In this document: piece by piece, positions 32,634-42,330 of the stretch | How positions within the stretch are numbered: the stretch's first letter is position 1 | How the letters are laid out: every line of letters begins with the position of its first letter | Assembly (NCBI GenBank): GCA_963675525.2 | Contig: CAXXSL010000013.1 | Span: 32,001-96,000, forward strand | Source of the DNA: Anaerohalosphaeraceae bacterium | Lineage (GTDB): Bacteria > Planctomycetota > Phycisphaerae > Sedimentisphaerales > Anaerohalosphaeraceae | DNA length: 64,000 nt | Reading direction: 5' to 3' | The notes under the pieces: generated by a model | Database searches by the model: none | The model's input: only the letters and a program-made list of their open reading frames with translations | What the model was told of the DNA's origin: nothing | Program-made: the position numbers and the translations under genes

Positions 32634-32891
32634 ATGATCGAGATTCATTCGTTATTGGGTTTCTGGATGCCGGGGCCGATGGAAACCATCTTGATTCTGG
32701 CCGTTTTGGTAATACTGTTTGGCAGACGGCTGCCGGAAATTGCCCGCAATATGGGCAAAAGCCTCACCGAATTCAAAAAAGGCATCAAGGAAAGCGAAAA
32801 CGAACTCAAAAAATCAATTGAGGAATCTGATAAGGAAGCTGAAAAAACAGCTGACGAATCCGCATCCAAAGAAGCAAAAAACAGCGACTAA
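32634..32891 (+). CDS. tatA: Twin-arginine translocase TatA/TatE subunit
   Basis: GPMETILILAVLVILFGRRLPEIARNMGKSLTEFKKG; SD GGAAGGA. Confidence 0.93.
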   Translation: MIEIHSLLGFWMPGPMETILILAVLVILFGRRLPEIARNMGKSLTEFKKGIKESENELKKSIEESDKEAEKTADESASKEAKNSD

Positions 32892-32936
32892 AAATATCGC
32901 TTTTTTCTTATCGAACGGACCTCTCAACACATTCGT

Positions 32937-33773
32937 TTATTCAGGCGAATGTGTTTTCTTTTGGCGCATCATGCGACAGGCGATAATGCTGCTCTCGTAG
33001 AGGATATACATTGGAATGAATAGCCCGATCTGGCTGACGACATCCGGAGGGGTTGCCATGGCAGCCAGAATGATTAACACGACCGCAACGTAACGCCGAG
33101 CCGTAATCAGTTTATCAATGCTGACCAAGCCCATCTTTTCTGCGAATACGATCGCAATCGGCATCTGAAAAGCCAAAGCAAAAACCAACATCAGCACCAG
33201 AATCATATTGATATAATCTTCAAACATCCAAAAAGAAGATAAAGACAATATCTCATTAAAACGGATAAAGAACTTCATCGTCAAAGGAGCAACTTCAAAC
33301 AGAAAGAACAGGGCTCCTATAACGAACAATGCCGCACTGATAGGTACAACAGCTTTCACAAATTTCTTTTCGTGTCCATACAACCCGGCCGAAATAAACG
33401 ACCAAACTTGCCAGAAAACCCACGGTGAGGACAACAAAAGCCCGAATACCAGGCATATCTTGATATACGTTAGAAAACCTTCAGCCGGTCGCCGGGTTTG
33501 CAGGCCAACTAATCCGGGAGGCCTTGTCGTGTCGTCGGCATTCTGGATGTCGGTCTCGGGGGCTTCGTTCAAGTCGGGGACGTACGATTGAGTGACAATA
33601 GCCTGATGGTACGGACGCTCCAGAAAAGCGATCAGGTGTTTTCCGAAAAACAAACAGACCACCATCCCAAGGATCAATCCGGCCAACGCCAATATCATCC
33701 GAATACGCAGTTCCTCCAGATGATCGCCAAGACTCATGCTTTTCAGGTTTTCTTTTATTTCGTCTGTGGTCAT
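32937..33773 (-). CDS. tatC: Twin-arginine translocase TatC
   Basis: MSLGDHLEELRIR, WSFISAGLYGHEKK, AFQMP, TPPDVVSQ, LYE. Confidence 0.96.
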   Translation of the reverse strand: MTTDEIKENLKSMSLGDHLEELRIRMILALAGLILGMVVCLFFGKHLIAFLERPYHQAIVTQSYVPDLNEAPETDIQNADDTTRPPGLVGLQTRRPAEGFLTYIKICLVFGLLLSSPWVFWQVWSFISAGLYGHEKKFVKAVVPISAALFVIGALFFLFEVAPLTMKFFIRFNEILSLSSFWMFEDYINMILVLMLVFALAFQMPIAIVFAEKMGLVSIDKLITARRYVAVVLIILAAMATPPDVVSQIGLFIPMYILYESSIIACRMMRQKKTHSPE

Positions 33774-33860
33774 ACCCGGGTAGTTTAAATATTTTTTCGG
33801 CTTTTCGCAACTGGTTTTATTGATTTGTGTTACGAATCAAAGTGGGCTATAATACGGCCT

Positions 33861-34097
33861 ATGCATTGGAAAGTAGCCTTCATTTTGTTTTCCGGAGTAC
33901 TGTTTTTGACCAGTTCGGCTGGATTCCTGTTTGTCAAGATCGCTCTGCATCCCAAAAATGACAGCGATTTAGACAGTTACCACTTCGAATTTGAAGACCA
34001 CCACCCGCAACTGGCACGCTATGAGCGCTGGAGCCGGATCACGTTTTCCGGTGTCGTTATCGGGATGTTACTGTTGTTTTTGACGCTGGCGTTTTAG
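33861..34097 (+). CDS. Small two-TM hypothetical protein
   Basis: Two hydrophobic helices around an acidic loop (YHFEFEDHHP); TATAAT 7 nt before the ATG. Confidence 0.65.
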   Translation: MHWKVAFILFSGVLFLTSSAGFLFVKIALHPKNDSDLDSYHFEFEDHHPQLARYERWSRITFSGVVIGMLLLFLTLAF

Positions 34098-35528
34098 CTA
34101 TCCCTTCACGCAGACCAGCGGCACCAGTTTGGCTACTTTGTGTGCAAGTCCGGCTTGATGCGTCGCTTCAACCACCTCACTGACATCTTTATAGGCGCCG
34201 GGGGCCTCTTCGGCAATGCCACGCAGTGATCGGCTGCGAATTAAAATACCTTGGCTGGCTAATCGGCCGACAACTTCTTTGCCGTTCCATTTTTTAGTCG
34301 CGGTTCTGCGGCTCATATTGCGCCCCGCCCCGTGACAGGCTGATCCGAATGCCATCCGCTCGCTTTGGATTGTACCTACGAGGATATAGGAGGCTGTGCC
34401 CATTGTTCCGCCAATCAGGACCGGTTGACCAATCTTTCGATATTCGGCGGGCAACTCGTCATGTCCCGGGCCCCATGCTCGTGTGGCCCCTTTGCGATGG
34501 ACGAACAGTTTCTTTTGCTTGCCGCCGACGGTATGCTGCTCCTGTTGGCAGGTGTTGTGCGAAACGTCATACAGCAAACGGATATCCGCCTGCGGTGCAA
34601 CATCGGCAATAACCTGCCGCACCAGATGCATCAAAATCTGGCGATTGGCCAAGGCACAATTGATGCCGCTTCGCATGGCCCCGAGATAGCTTTGGCCCAG
34701 CGCCGAGTTCAGCGGGGCACAGGCTAATTCCCGCTCGGGCAGTTCAAGACCGTGTTTTTTTGCATCGGTTGTCATGCGTTTCAAAAAGTCGGTGCCGATC
34801 TGATGGCCCAGCCCGCGCGAGCCGCAATGAATGCTGATCTTAATATCGCCTTCTTCGATGCCAAATGCCGCGGCGGCCTCTGTGTCGTAAATTTCGACGA
34901 CCTTCTGGATTTCCAGATAGTGATTGCCGGAACCGAGTGTACCCATTTCGTCAAGCTGGCGTTTTTTGGCCTGCTCAGAAACCTGCGACGGGTCTGCCCC
35001 GCTAATACACCCGCCTGCCTCAATAAACCGCAGGTCGTCTTTTTCACCATAGCCGTTTTCGACCGCCCATTGTGCCCCGCCCTGCAGAACCTCATCCAGT
35101 TTCGCTACCGACAGTCGTAATTTACCGGTGCTGCCCACCCCGGCGGGAATCGTATGAAATAATGCGTCGGCAATTTTTTCGCGGATCGGCAGAATGTCTT
35201 CTGCTTTCAGGCCGGTATGCAGTGTTCGCACACCGCAGGCAATGTCGAAACCCACCCCGCCGGCACTGATGACACCGTCGGCTTCCGCATCGAACGCCGC
35301 AACACCCCCGATACAGAATCCGTAGCCCCAGTGTGCATCCGGCATGGCAAACGAGCCTTCCACGATTCCCGGCAGGGACGCAACATTTCGCACCTGCTGA
35401 ACAACCATATCGTCCATTTCATGAATAAGCTGTTCGGAACCGAAGATCACGCCATCGACGTTCATTCTGCCGCTGCGCTCAACCAGCCATTTCGTATCCC
35501 CCCGGCGTTTTACCAGTTTTCTATCCAT
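34098..35528 (-). CDS. rtcB: RtcB 3'-phosphate/5'-OH RNA ligase (archaeal-like long type)
   Basis: MPDAHWGYGF, GVGFDIACGVR, GTLGSGNHYLE, HCGSRGLGHQ, SHN, HRKGATR, SACHGAGR, EEAPGAYKDV. Confidence 0.97.
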   Translation of the reverse strand: MDRKLVKRRGDTKWLVERSGRMNVDGVIFGSEQLIHEMDDMVVQQVRNVASLPGIVEGSFAMPDAHWGYGFCIGGVAAFDAEADGVISAGGVGFDIACGVRTLHTGLKAEDILPIREKIADALFHTIPAGVGSTGKLRLSVAKLDEVLQGGAQWAVENGYGEKDDLRFIEAGGCISGADPSQVSEQAKKRQLDEMGTLGSGNHYLEIQKVVEIYDTEAAAAFGIEEGDIKISIHCGSRGLGHQIGTDFLKRMTTDAKKHGLELPERELACAPLNSALGQSYLGAMRSGINCALANRQILMHLVRQVIADVAPQADIRLLYDVSHNTCQQEQHTVGGKQKKLFVHRKGATRAWGPGHDELPAEYRKIGQPVLIGGTMGTASYILVGTIQSERMAFGSACHGAGRNMSRRTATKKWNGKEVVGRLASQGILIRSRSLRGIAEEAPGAYKDVSEVVEATHQAGLAHKVAKLVPLVCVKG

Positions 35529-35551
35529 TGCCAGTTCCTCAAACCACGCAT

Positions 35552-35574
35552 CGGGCGGCTCACGCCGCCGCGCT
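35552..35574. repeat. REP-like GC palindrome
   Basis: GGCGGC-TCAC-GCCGCC hairpin in the archease-rtcB spacer. Confidence 0.4.
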
Positions 35575-35579
35575 TTTAT

Positions 35580-35990
35580 TTATACATCTACTACGCATTG
35601 GGCGATCCATTGGTGCCGGTCATTTTCATAGACTTTCAGTTCCATGAAGGTTGCGGCTTTGACTTCCACTGCAAGCTCATGCTTATCCGGGTCGGCCTTT
35701 TCACCCCAAACCTTGGCGGAAAGCTGATGATTGTCAAAATGGACTTCGAATCGACTAAACAGCATTTTCCGGACATCCATTTCATAGATCAAGGCATTGA
35801 TCCAGTCGGCAAAAAGCAGGTCCTTTTCATCCGCTTGGCATTGTATCTGTATCTGTTCGGCAGGCTCAACATTTTCCGGCGTGCAGATCACAGCCATTAA
35901 AGCCATAGCGCCTTCTCTAAACGCCTCAGCCAAAGTATTTCCGATTCCTCGGATTCCAATATCTGCTTGATGATGAAAATGCAGCCACAT
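35580..35990 (-). CDS. Archease (RtcB activator family)
   Basis: HQADIGIRGIGNTLAEAF, LFADWINALIY, GEKAD..KH...EVKAATF, C-terminal VVDV. Confidence 0.93.
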   Translation of the reverse strand: MWLHFHHQADIGIRGIGNTLAEAFREGAMALMAVICTPENVEPAEQIQIQCQADEKDLLFADWINALIYEMDVRKMLFSRFEVHFDNHQLSAKVWGEKADPDKHELAVEVKAATFMELKVYENDRHQWIAQCVVDV

Positions 35991-36079
35991 AGTCTAATTG
36001 TCCAAAAGAAAAAAGCCGAGGCAAAATCCCCAGCTTAAATTATCTTTCTTAATTGTGTAGAACTTGTTTAAACCTATCA

Positions 36080-36964
36080 TCAATTCATTTGACGCGGCAT
36101 ATACATGCGCTTGATTAATTCATAATCTCTGGAACCATTATCAGCATCCCGGTCTTTATTGCCGCCAAGAGGATTCGAACTAGCCATATCAATCATAACT
36201 TTGTCAGTCCACTTGAAACGGTCTGCATGACCGTCAGCATAAGCAAAGGTGCTGGATCCATTATGCCAGATTGCAACAGGATCCCACCACCGACGCTGGT
36301 TCAGATATAGATTCCAGGTATAATGGTTAAATCCGCTACCATCTGCTTCCTCCAAAAAAACGATCTTGCTGCTGGGATTGGAAAAGCCGGAGAACTTAAC
36401 AATCGTCACTTCATTTTCAGCCGTACTCGTCGTTCCAAAACCATAAGCTGAAAGAACTCCACCAATTGAGTAGCTGCGATAACCCCCGATTGTTCCTCGA
36501 ATCCAAGCAGGGTTGGTCTCGGTTGGAGGCTTTCTGTATCGTTTGTCCGCCGGGCAATTAAAAACTTTGTGGGTTTCCAGATAAGTCCATAATCCGCCCT
36601 TTTCAAACCCTCGGATTTTATCTTCAAGCCAATCGTTCCGCCAATTTCCGTTTTCGTCCATTGGTTCGGCAACAAAACATCGCTGATTTGGGTAATCAAT
36701 AGGAGCTACACCATCAATATCAACGTCAACAAACCCATCAGGAGTATACCTGGGAGCTCCATCGGCAAGATTTCCGCTGTTCTCTTCGGCATACATATAA
36801 TAGGCTGGACCAAGCTGTCCCTCGTTCGACAGGCACACGGCTGCGGCTGCGAGTTGTTTTGCTTTGTTAAGAGCAGGCAGGATTACGGCAGCCAATAAAG
36901 CAATGATAGCGATTACAACCAATAATTCGATAAGGGTGAATGCTATTCTTTTATTTCCGTTCAC
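36080..36964 (-). CDS. Prepilin-type N-methylation / H-X9-DG protein (DUF1559-like)
   Basis: [51 protein letters not shown] start. Confidence 0.9.
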   Translation of the reverse strand: MNGNKRIAFTLIELLVVIAIIALLAAVILPALNKAKQLAAAAVCLSNEGQLGPAYYMYAEENSGNLADGAPRYTPDGFVDVDIDGVAPIDYPNQRCFVAEPMDENGNWRNDWLEDKIRGFEKGGLWTYLETHKVFNCPADKRYRKPPTETNPAWIRGTIGGYRSYSIGGVLSAYGFGTTSTAENEVTIVKFSGFSNPSSKIVFLEEADGSGFNHYTWNLYLNQRRWWDPVAIWHNGSSTFAYADGHADRFKWTDKVMIDMASSNPLGGNKDRDADNGSRDYELIKRMYMPRQMN

Positions 36965-37331
36965 AAAAAAACTCCAAATTAAGTCTTTGAAACATTTTAC
37001 ATAATGGCTCTAACAAAATACCCCCTCTTCATATATCTGTACTCATTATATGTGCTTTCATTCGGATATTTGACTCTAAAAAAAGTAAAATAAAAACCAA
37101 GACCAATTAATATCTCACTGAATAACCGATAAGTCTTTTTTCAAGAACAGGTTATGTAAAATCTGGAAATGTCACATTTTTTAGAAAATTTCCGATGTCC
37201 CGAATACCGATATGCGCCTGATGATGAAGATATTCCCACATACCACAATCTTAGAGTTCTAATGAGAATGATACACCAAAAACAAACCGGTATTCATTTA
37301 AACCGGCTTTGGCGTTACCTGATTCGATTCG

Positions 37332-38189
37332 CTAAATTCCCGCCGGTTTTCGTCCCGGGATGTATACTTTTTTAAACCAATTCCAGTCGTCAAAGGTGCC
37401 CGGCGGATCTAATGCGTCTGCAGCAACTCCTTTAACTCCTTCTTCGGCCATCCATCGGGTTGTTTTCTGGAGCCATTTATGCCGGTCCGCATGTCCATCG
37501 GCAAAAACAAAAGTGCTGCTGTCATTGTGAATAATGGCAAACGGATCGACCCAGTATTCATTTGTCAGATGCATGTTCCAGGTCCTATCGTTTACTCCCT
37601 TTTCTCTTTCGGCTTCTTCAAGAAAGATGATCTTACCGCTTGGATTGACAAATTCAGACATTTTTCGGATTTTCACGGCCCCTTCGCCTGGATTATTGCT
37701 GGGACGCTGGGATAATGGACTGCCGATCGAATAAGTCCGGTAACCCAGCATTCCAACCGTGGGATCGGTTTTGGTAAACCGATCGTCACCCGGGCAGTGA
37801 TAGACTTTGGGAGCCCTAACATAAGGCCATAACGAGCCGGCTTCGAAACCGCGAATTTTATCTTCCAACGAATCGTTCGAAGCATTTTTGTTTATATCCA
37901 TGGGCTTTCCGACCCAGCAATGAACCCGAACCGAACCATAGGTTTCGAAACCTGCATTAATACCCGTTTGGTCCGAAGTATCACCGTCAGGAATTAAAGA
38001 ATCGTTGTCGCCGGCGTATAAATAATAACTGGTTCCCAGTTGATTCTCATTGGCCAGACATACGGCCGCCGTGGCAAATCGTTTTGCGCTCTTCAAGGCA
38101 GGGAGAATGATACTCAACAGCAGTGCAATAATCGCAATGACAACCAATAATTCGATGAGGGTAAATGCTTTCCGTTCATTTCCGGTCAC
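37332..38189 (-). CDS. Prepilin-type N-methylation / H-X9-DG protein (DUF1559-like), paralogue
   Basis: [51 protein letters not shown] start. Confidence 0.9.
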   Translation of the reverse strand: MTGNERKAFTLIELLVVIAIIALLLSIILPALKSAKRFATAAVCLANENQLGTSYYLYAGDNDSLIPDGDTSDQTGINAGFETYGSVRVHCWVGKPMDINKNASNDSLEDKIRGFEAGSLWPYVRAPKVYHCPGDDRFTKTDPTVGMLGYRTYSIGSPLSQRPSNNPGEGAVKIRKMSEFVNPSGKIIFLEEAEREKGVNDRTWNMHLTNEYWVDPFAIIHNDSSTFVFADGHADRHKWLQKTTRWMAEEGVKGVAADALDPPGTFDDWNWFKKVYIPGRKPAGI

Positions 38190-38325
38190 AGTAATTACTC
38201 CTATGGTATTATACTGGACATATTCCGCCTGATTTCTCAGTACTATAACCTTACTCCTTTATAGTATAGGCGTTTATTGAAACATTTATCACAAAAAATA
38301 AAAAAATAGATCTTTTTGTTTCTTT

Positions 38326-39627
38326 CTACAGAGAAATGATGCTTTTATTCAACTTTTTGCACATTTGTTTATAATAATTGACCTTTTCGGTTCCCAAAAA
38401 GCGGATAGGAAAGGCGGTTTTATTGTGATTTAGGGGTTCGGATAGGTCAACAATATCAGCGCACAGATCACCGTCGGGCGTACCGGGAATGGGGGAAAAA
38501 TCGGATAATTGAATGCGGATCCCGAGGCCACTGGCAAATCGCATCGAACTTTCCAGTTGCTGGACATCAGCACGGGGGTGGCCCAGCATTTCATAAGCAG
38601 TGATATGCTGAGGATCGGCACCGGCTTTTTTCAAATGACCGGCAGCATCCGCCAACTCATCGGAGACGACTTTGCCTGAACCGGTATTCTGGTGAAATGT
38701 TTCAGATTGACTTTCAAAGCCAAGATAGAACGTTTTGACTCCCGCCTGCACCATCAGCCGGGCAATATCCGCTGTCATAAAGCGGGCGTGCAGTGCATTC
38801 GGGGTATGGAAATTGACTTTGAGATTTTTTTCGATAACCGCTTTCAGAAACGGTATGAGAGTTTTTTCGGCTCCAAATAATAAAGCGTCATCATAAAAGG
38901 CAATGTTCTCTGCACCGCACCTGGCAAGCTGTTCCAACTCGCCAAGGCATTCTTCCAGCGGACGTGTTGAGAAAGCAACTCCTGATTGGGGGACAAAACA
39001 ATAACTGCACTGGAACGGACAGCCTGTTGTCAACTTCAGTATCCCCACTGTCAAATGCGGATACAGTTCCCATGCGGGCAATTCAAAACTATCTGACATA
39101 TCCAAGCCCGACATTTTAAGCGGTTCGAAATCATCGCCGGAAATCACAATATCCGCACCCAACGCCTTGGCATGGTTTCTGCAGGCGGTCGCATAAAAGC
39201 CGCCCAGAACAATTTTAGCTTCCGGACAGATTCGACGAACATCCTCAATGACCTCTTTAACGCCGGGATACCAATAGGTCAGGACCGTCTGGATCATCAC
39301 CACATCAAACGGGGAGTGTTCTAAAAGATAGTTTTGAAAAATCTGGCGCTCGATCCCGAATCGACGATAGTATCGCGGAATATCTTTAAAGAAGGTCGGT
39401 TTTACGATCCGCTTGTTGGGGTACGAACCCCGGCCCCATGTGTCTGCACGAACTTTTCCTGCCGGATCGAACGCAGAGGCAAACCTGTCTAAATAATCGA
39501 ACAGGAATAAATCACACGTCGAACGAAGCAGCCCTGCCGCTCTCAAGAGTCCATATGGCTTGAGCCAGAAATCATAAGCAGTAAAGTCATAAATCGGTGG
39601 GTTAACAAGTAGTATTTTCGGCTTCAT
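38326..39627 (-). CDS. Cobalamin-binding-domain radical SAM protein
   Basis: KILLVNPPIYDF..PYGL, IVLGGFYAT, GCPFQCSYC, FYDDALL, LGFES. Confidence 0.88.
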   Translation of the reverse strand: MKPKILLVNPPIYDFTAYDFWLKPYGLLRAAGLLRSTCDLFLFDYLDRFASAFDPAGKVRADTWGRGSYPNKRIVKPTFFKDIPRYYRRFGIERQIFQNYLLEHSPFDVVMIQTVLTYWYPGVKEVIEDVRRICPEAKIVLGGFYATACRNHAKALGADIVISGDDFEPLKMSGLDMSDSFELPAWELYPHLTVGILKLTTGCPFQCSYCFVPQSGVAFSTRPLEECLGELEQLARCGAENIAFYDDALLFGAEKTLIPFLKAVIEKNLKVNFHTPNALHARFMTADIARLMVQAGVKTFYLGFESQSETFHQNTGSGKVVSDELADAAGHLKKAGADPQHITAYEMLGHPRADVQQLESSMRFASGLGIRIQLSDFSPIPGTPDGDLCADIVDLSEPLNHNKTAFPIRFLGTEKVNYYKQMCKKLNKSIISL

Positions 39628-39642
39628 ATGCAGTTTCTTAAT

Positions 39643-39717
39643 TGTCATTCTAAGTCATGTGAAGAATCTCTATGCCGACGTAACTACTAAAATACTTCAC
39701 ACTCGTTCAGGACAACA
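39643..39717. repeat. Degenerate TGTCATTCTG..GAAGAATCT-type palindromic (REP/MITE-like) element
   Basis: TGTCATTCTAAGTCATGTGAAGAATCT pairs imperfectly with AAATACTTCACACTCGTTCAGGACAACA. Confidence 0.5.
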
Positions 39718-39740
39718 CTTTCGGCAATTTCTACAGAACA

Positions 39741-40667
39741 TTATGATTCCTTAGACTGTTTGCCTTTCCGGCGGGCTTTTTTTTCAGCTTCTCTGGCATT
39801 TTCAAGTTTCCTTGCACGTCGAATTTTTCGACCGATCTTGCATTCCAGCCAGCCGAACAGGCCCAGCCATTGTAATGTCGTGGCAAATTTTGCGTCCATG
39901 CCGATCACATAACGAGGCTTTGGTTTCTTTGCCGATAGTACAGCAAGGATCTTGTTGACAACCGCTTCCGGCTGCCCGGCACGCGGGATCACCTCATCAA
40001 AAAAAGCCTTTAGAAAACCCCGGTTCCATTCGAACATGGGGCTGCTGCGATCATAAAAGTTTTCCGTTTGGTTGGCATTGGCCCGGATGATCTCGGTTTT
40101 GTGATAGCCCGGCTCAATGGAAATAACATCGATGCCGAAGGGAGCCAACTCGACACGGATGGACTTTGTAAATCCAATGAGTGCATGCTTGCTGGCGCTA
40201 TAGGCGGCATTGAACGGATGGCCAATCAGCCCCGCTAATGAGGCAATGTTAATGATTCTCCCCTGTTTTCGCTCGATCATCCCCTGAGCGATCGCCCGGG
40301 TCAGATTGACCGCCCCGAAATAGTCGGTCTCAAAGACCCGCCGCATTTCGGCATCCGTGATATCCAAAAACGAACCGGTAATCAAAATCCCAGCGTTATT
40401 GATGAGAATATCGACGGGGCCGATCTTTCCAACAAGTGAGGCTATTGATTCGGGCTTTGTTACGTCCAGTTCTTCGATTCTCGCGGAAACATTCGCCTGG
40501 ACCATCGCTGTCCTCAACGGCGCGGCTTTGTCCAAATTCCGCATGGTGGCGATGACATCGAATCCGGCTTTTGCGGCTTCGACCGCCGCCAAAAGCCCGA
40601 ATCCGCTGGAACAGCCGGTTATAAGCACTTTTTTTGTGCTATTTTCTGTAATTTTTTGTATTTCCAT
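39741..40667 (-). CDS. Short-chain dehydrogenase/reductase
   Basis: ITGCSSGFG, INNAG, NIASLAG, YSASK, IEPG. Confidence 0.93.
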   Translation of the reverse strand: MEIQKITENSTKKVLITGCSSGFGLLAAVEAAKAGFDVIATMRNLDKAAPLRTAMVQANVSARIEELDVTKPESIASLVGKIGPVDILINNAGILITGSFLDITDAEMRRVFETDYFGAVNLTRAIAQGMIERKQGRIINIASLAGLIGHPFNAAYSASKHALIGFTKSIRVELAPFGIDVISIEPGYHKTEIIRANANQTENFYDRSSPMFEWNRGFLKAFFDEVIPRAGQPEAVVNKILAVLSAKKPKPRYVIGMDAKFATTLQWLGLFGWLECKIGRKIRRARKLENAREAEKKARRKGKQSKES

Positions 40668-40864
40668 GCCGCTAAAAGTAGATTAAACGGCCAAAAAATC
40701 AAGGAAAATCGACGAGCGGAACCCTGAAATCATGCTTAATTCAAAAAATTGCCTGAAAATGCTTGATAATCCCTTTCAAATCTCTATATTTATAAGGTTT
40801 TAGAGATTGAAGAAATGGAAATAATCAGCTTATGAGCTGACCAGACGAGTTTCGGGAGTTAAAA

Positions 40865-41131
40865 ATGGCAAGAGAATGTTATTTCTTAGGCAAAAAGACA
40901 TCATCCGGTAGAAGTGTCGCCAGACGCGGTAAAGCCAAATACCTCGGCGGCGTCGGTAAAAAAACAACCGGCATTACCAAACGGAAGTTTAAAGCGAACG
41001 TCCAGAAGGTTCGCGCCATTATCGACGGCAAGGTTTGCCGGATCAAGGTTTCGGCCAAGGCGATTCGCATGGGTTTGGTCGTTAAGCCCCCGAAGCGTGA
41101 TTACAAACCCGCTGAACAGGCAGCCAGCTAA
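40865..41131 (+). CDS. rpmB: 50S ribosomal protein L28
   Basis: MAREC..GKK..GRSVARRGKAKYLGGVG..TTGITKRKFKANVQ. Confidence 0.95.
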   Translation: MARECYFLGKKTSSGRSVARRGKAKYLGGVGKKTTGITKRKFKANVQKVRAIIDGKVCRIKVSAKAIRMGLVVKPPKRDYKPAEQAAS

Positions 41132-41167
41132 CGCAGAGACTATTGATTCTTTAACAAATCGCACATT

Positions 41168-41199
41168 AAGCGAGGCTGTTTTCCAGCCTCGCTTTTTTT
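41168..41199 (+). terminator. Intrinsic terminator after rpmB
   Basis: aagcgaggctg-tttc-cagcctcgc followed by T7. Confidence 0.85.
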
Positions 41200-41251
41200 A
41201 TTGGTTTCTCGTGAATCCACAGATTACACTGTAGATTAAAAAGGATAAACA

Positions 41252-41560
41252 ATGGCAACCAAAATTGATGAAGCACAAGTTCGACGAGTCGCCCTGCTGA
41301 GCCGGTTGGAACTGAGCGATAAAGAGGTCGCCCAGTTCAGCACTCAGCTCAGTAATATTGTTGAATACATTGAAAAGCTGAATGAATTAGATATGGATAA
41401 TGTTGAGCCGCTGGCACACTGCCTGCCCATTCATAACGTCCTGCGAGAGGATATCCCCCGCCCATCGCTGACAAATGACCAGGCGATGGTCAATGCCCCG
41501 CAGCGACATGATGAATATTTCAAGGTTCCCAAAATACTCGACGACAATTCCGGGGCCTAA
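41252..41560 (+). CDS. gatC: Asp/Glu-tRNA amidotransferase subunit C
   Basis: VRRVALLSRL, IVEYIEKLNEL, NVLRED, NAP, YFKVPKI. Confidence 0.95.
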   Translation: MATKIDEAQVRRVALLSRLELSDKEVAQFSTQLSNIVEYIEKLNELDMDNVEPLAHCLPIHNVLREDIPRPSLTNDQAMVNAPQRHDEYFKVPKILDDNSGA

Positions 41561-41585
41561 CGATAAAAGACCAAAGGAGACGTAC

Positions 41586-42329
41586 ATGAAAAAAACCTGG
41601 CTGCTTTTATGTTTATTGGGATTGAGCACGACAGGGTGCATGGACCATCAAAATCAACCGGCCCGGATAACCGCACCCGGACAATACGAGGCCGCTTTGG
41701 CACGCACCGTAACCATGGAAATAGACTATCTGATTTATCTGCCCGATGACTACGGCAAAGTTCAAAAAGACTGGCCTCTGATAGTCTTTTTGCACGGTCT
41801 TGGTGAACGTGGTGACGACCTGAATAAAGTCAAGGCTCACGGCCCGGCTAAACTCGTTGAGCAAGGCCGCCGTTTTCCATTTATCATCGTCTCGCCCCAG
41901 TGCCCCGACCATAAATGGTGGACCCATATGACCGCACATGTCATCGCATTGGTTGACGACATCATCGAAAATTATGACGTGGACGAAGATCACGTTTACC
42001 TAACTGGCCTGAGTATGGGTGGATACGGCACATGGGCCATTGCCGGCACGTATCCCGAGCATTTCGCTGCCATCGCTCCGATTTGCGGCGGTGGCATTCG
42101 CCACGCGGCATTCAACCTTAAAAATGTTCCTGTCTGGGCTTTCCACGGCGAACAGGACCCCATTGTTCCGATTGAACGCTCCCGCGAAATGGTCGATGCC
42201 GTCAAACAAGTCGGAGGAGATGCGAAATTAACGATTTATCCCGGTGTCGGACATGATGCATGGACGCAGACATACAACAACGATGAACTTTACGAATGGT
42301 TCTTGTCACATTCCAGAAAACAGGATTAA
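41586..42329 (+). CDS. Alpha/beta-hydrolase lipoprotein (esterase/peptidase)
   Basis: Lipobox TTGC; PLIVFLHGLGE, VSPQCP, GLSMGG, HGEQD, GHDAW (Ser-Asp-His). Confidence 0.9.
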   Translation: MKKTWLLLCLLGLSTTGCMDHQNQPARITAPGQYEAALARTVTMEIDYLIYLPDDYGKVQKDWPLIVFLHGLGERGDDLNKVKAHGPAKLVEQGRRFPFIIVSPQCPDHKWWTHMTAHVIALVDDIIENYDVDEDHVYLTGLSMGGYGTWAIAGTYPEHFAAIAPICGGGIRHAAFNLKNVPVWAFHGEQDPIVPIERSREMVDAVKQVGGDAKLTIYPGVGHDAWTQTYNNDELYEWFLSHSRKQD

Positions 42330-42330
42330 C

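Noticed and set aside
37169..37375. 68 aa ORF between the prepilin paralogues
   Set aside because: No RBS or motif, and it overlaps the terminator and stop of the opposite-strand gene
39628..39648. Upstream start (MTIKKLH) for the radical SAM gene
   Set aside because: The ATG lies within the palindromic repeat; the family-like sequence starts at MKPKILLVNP
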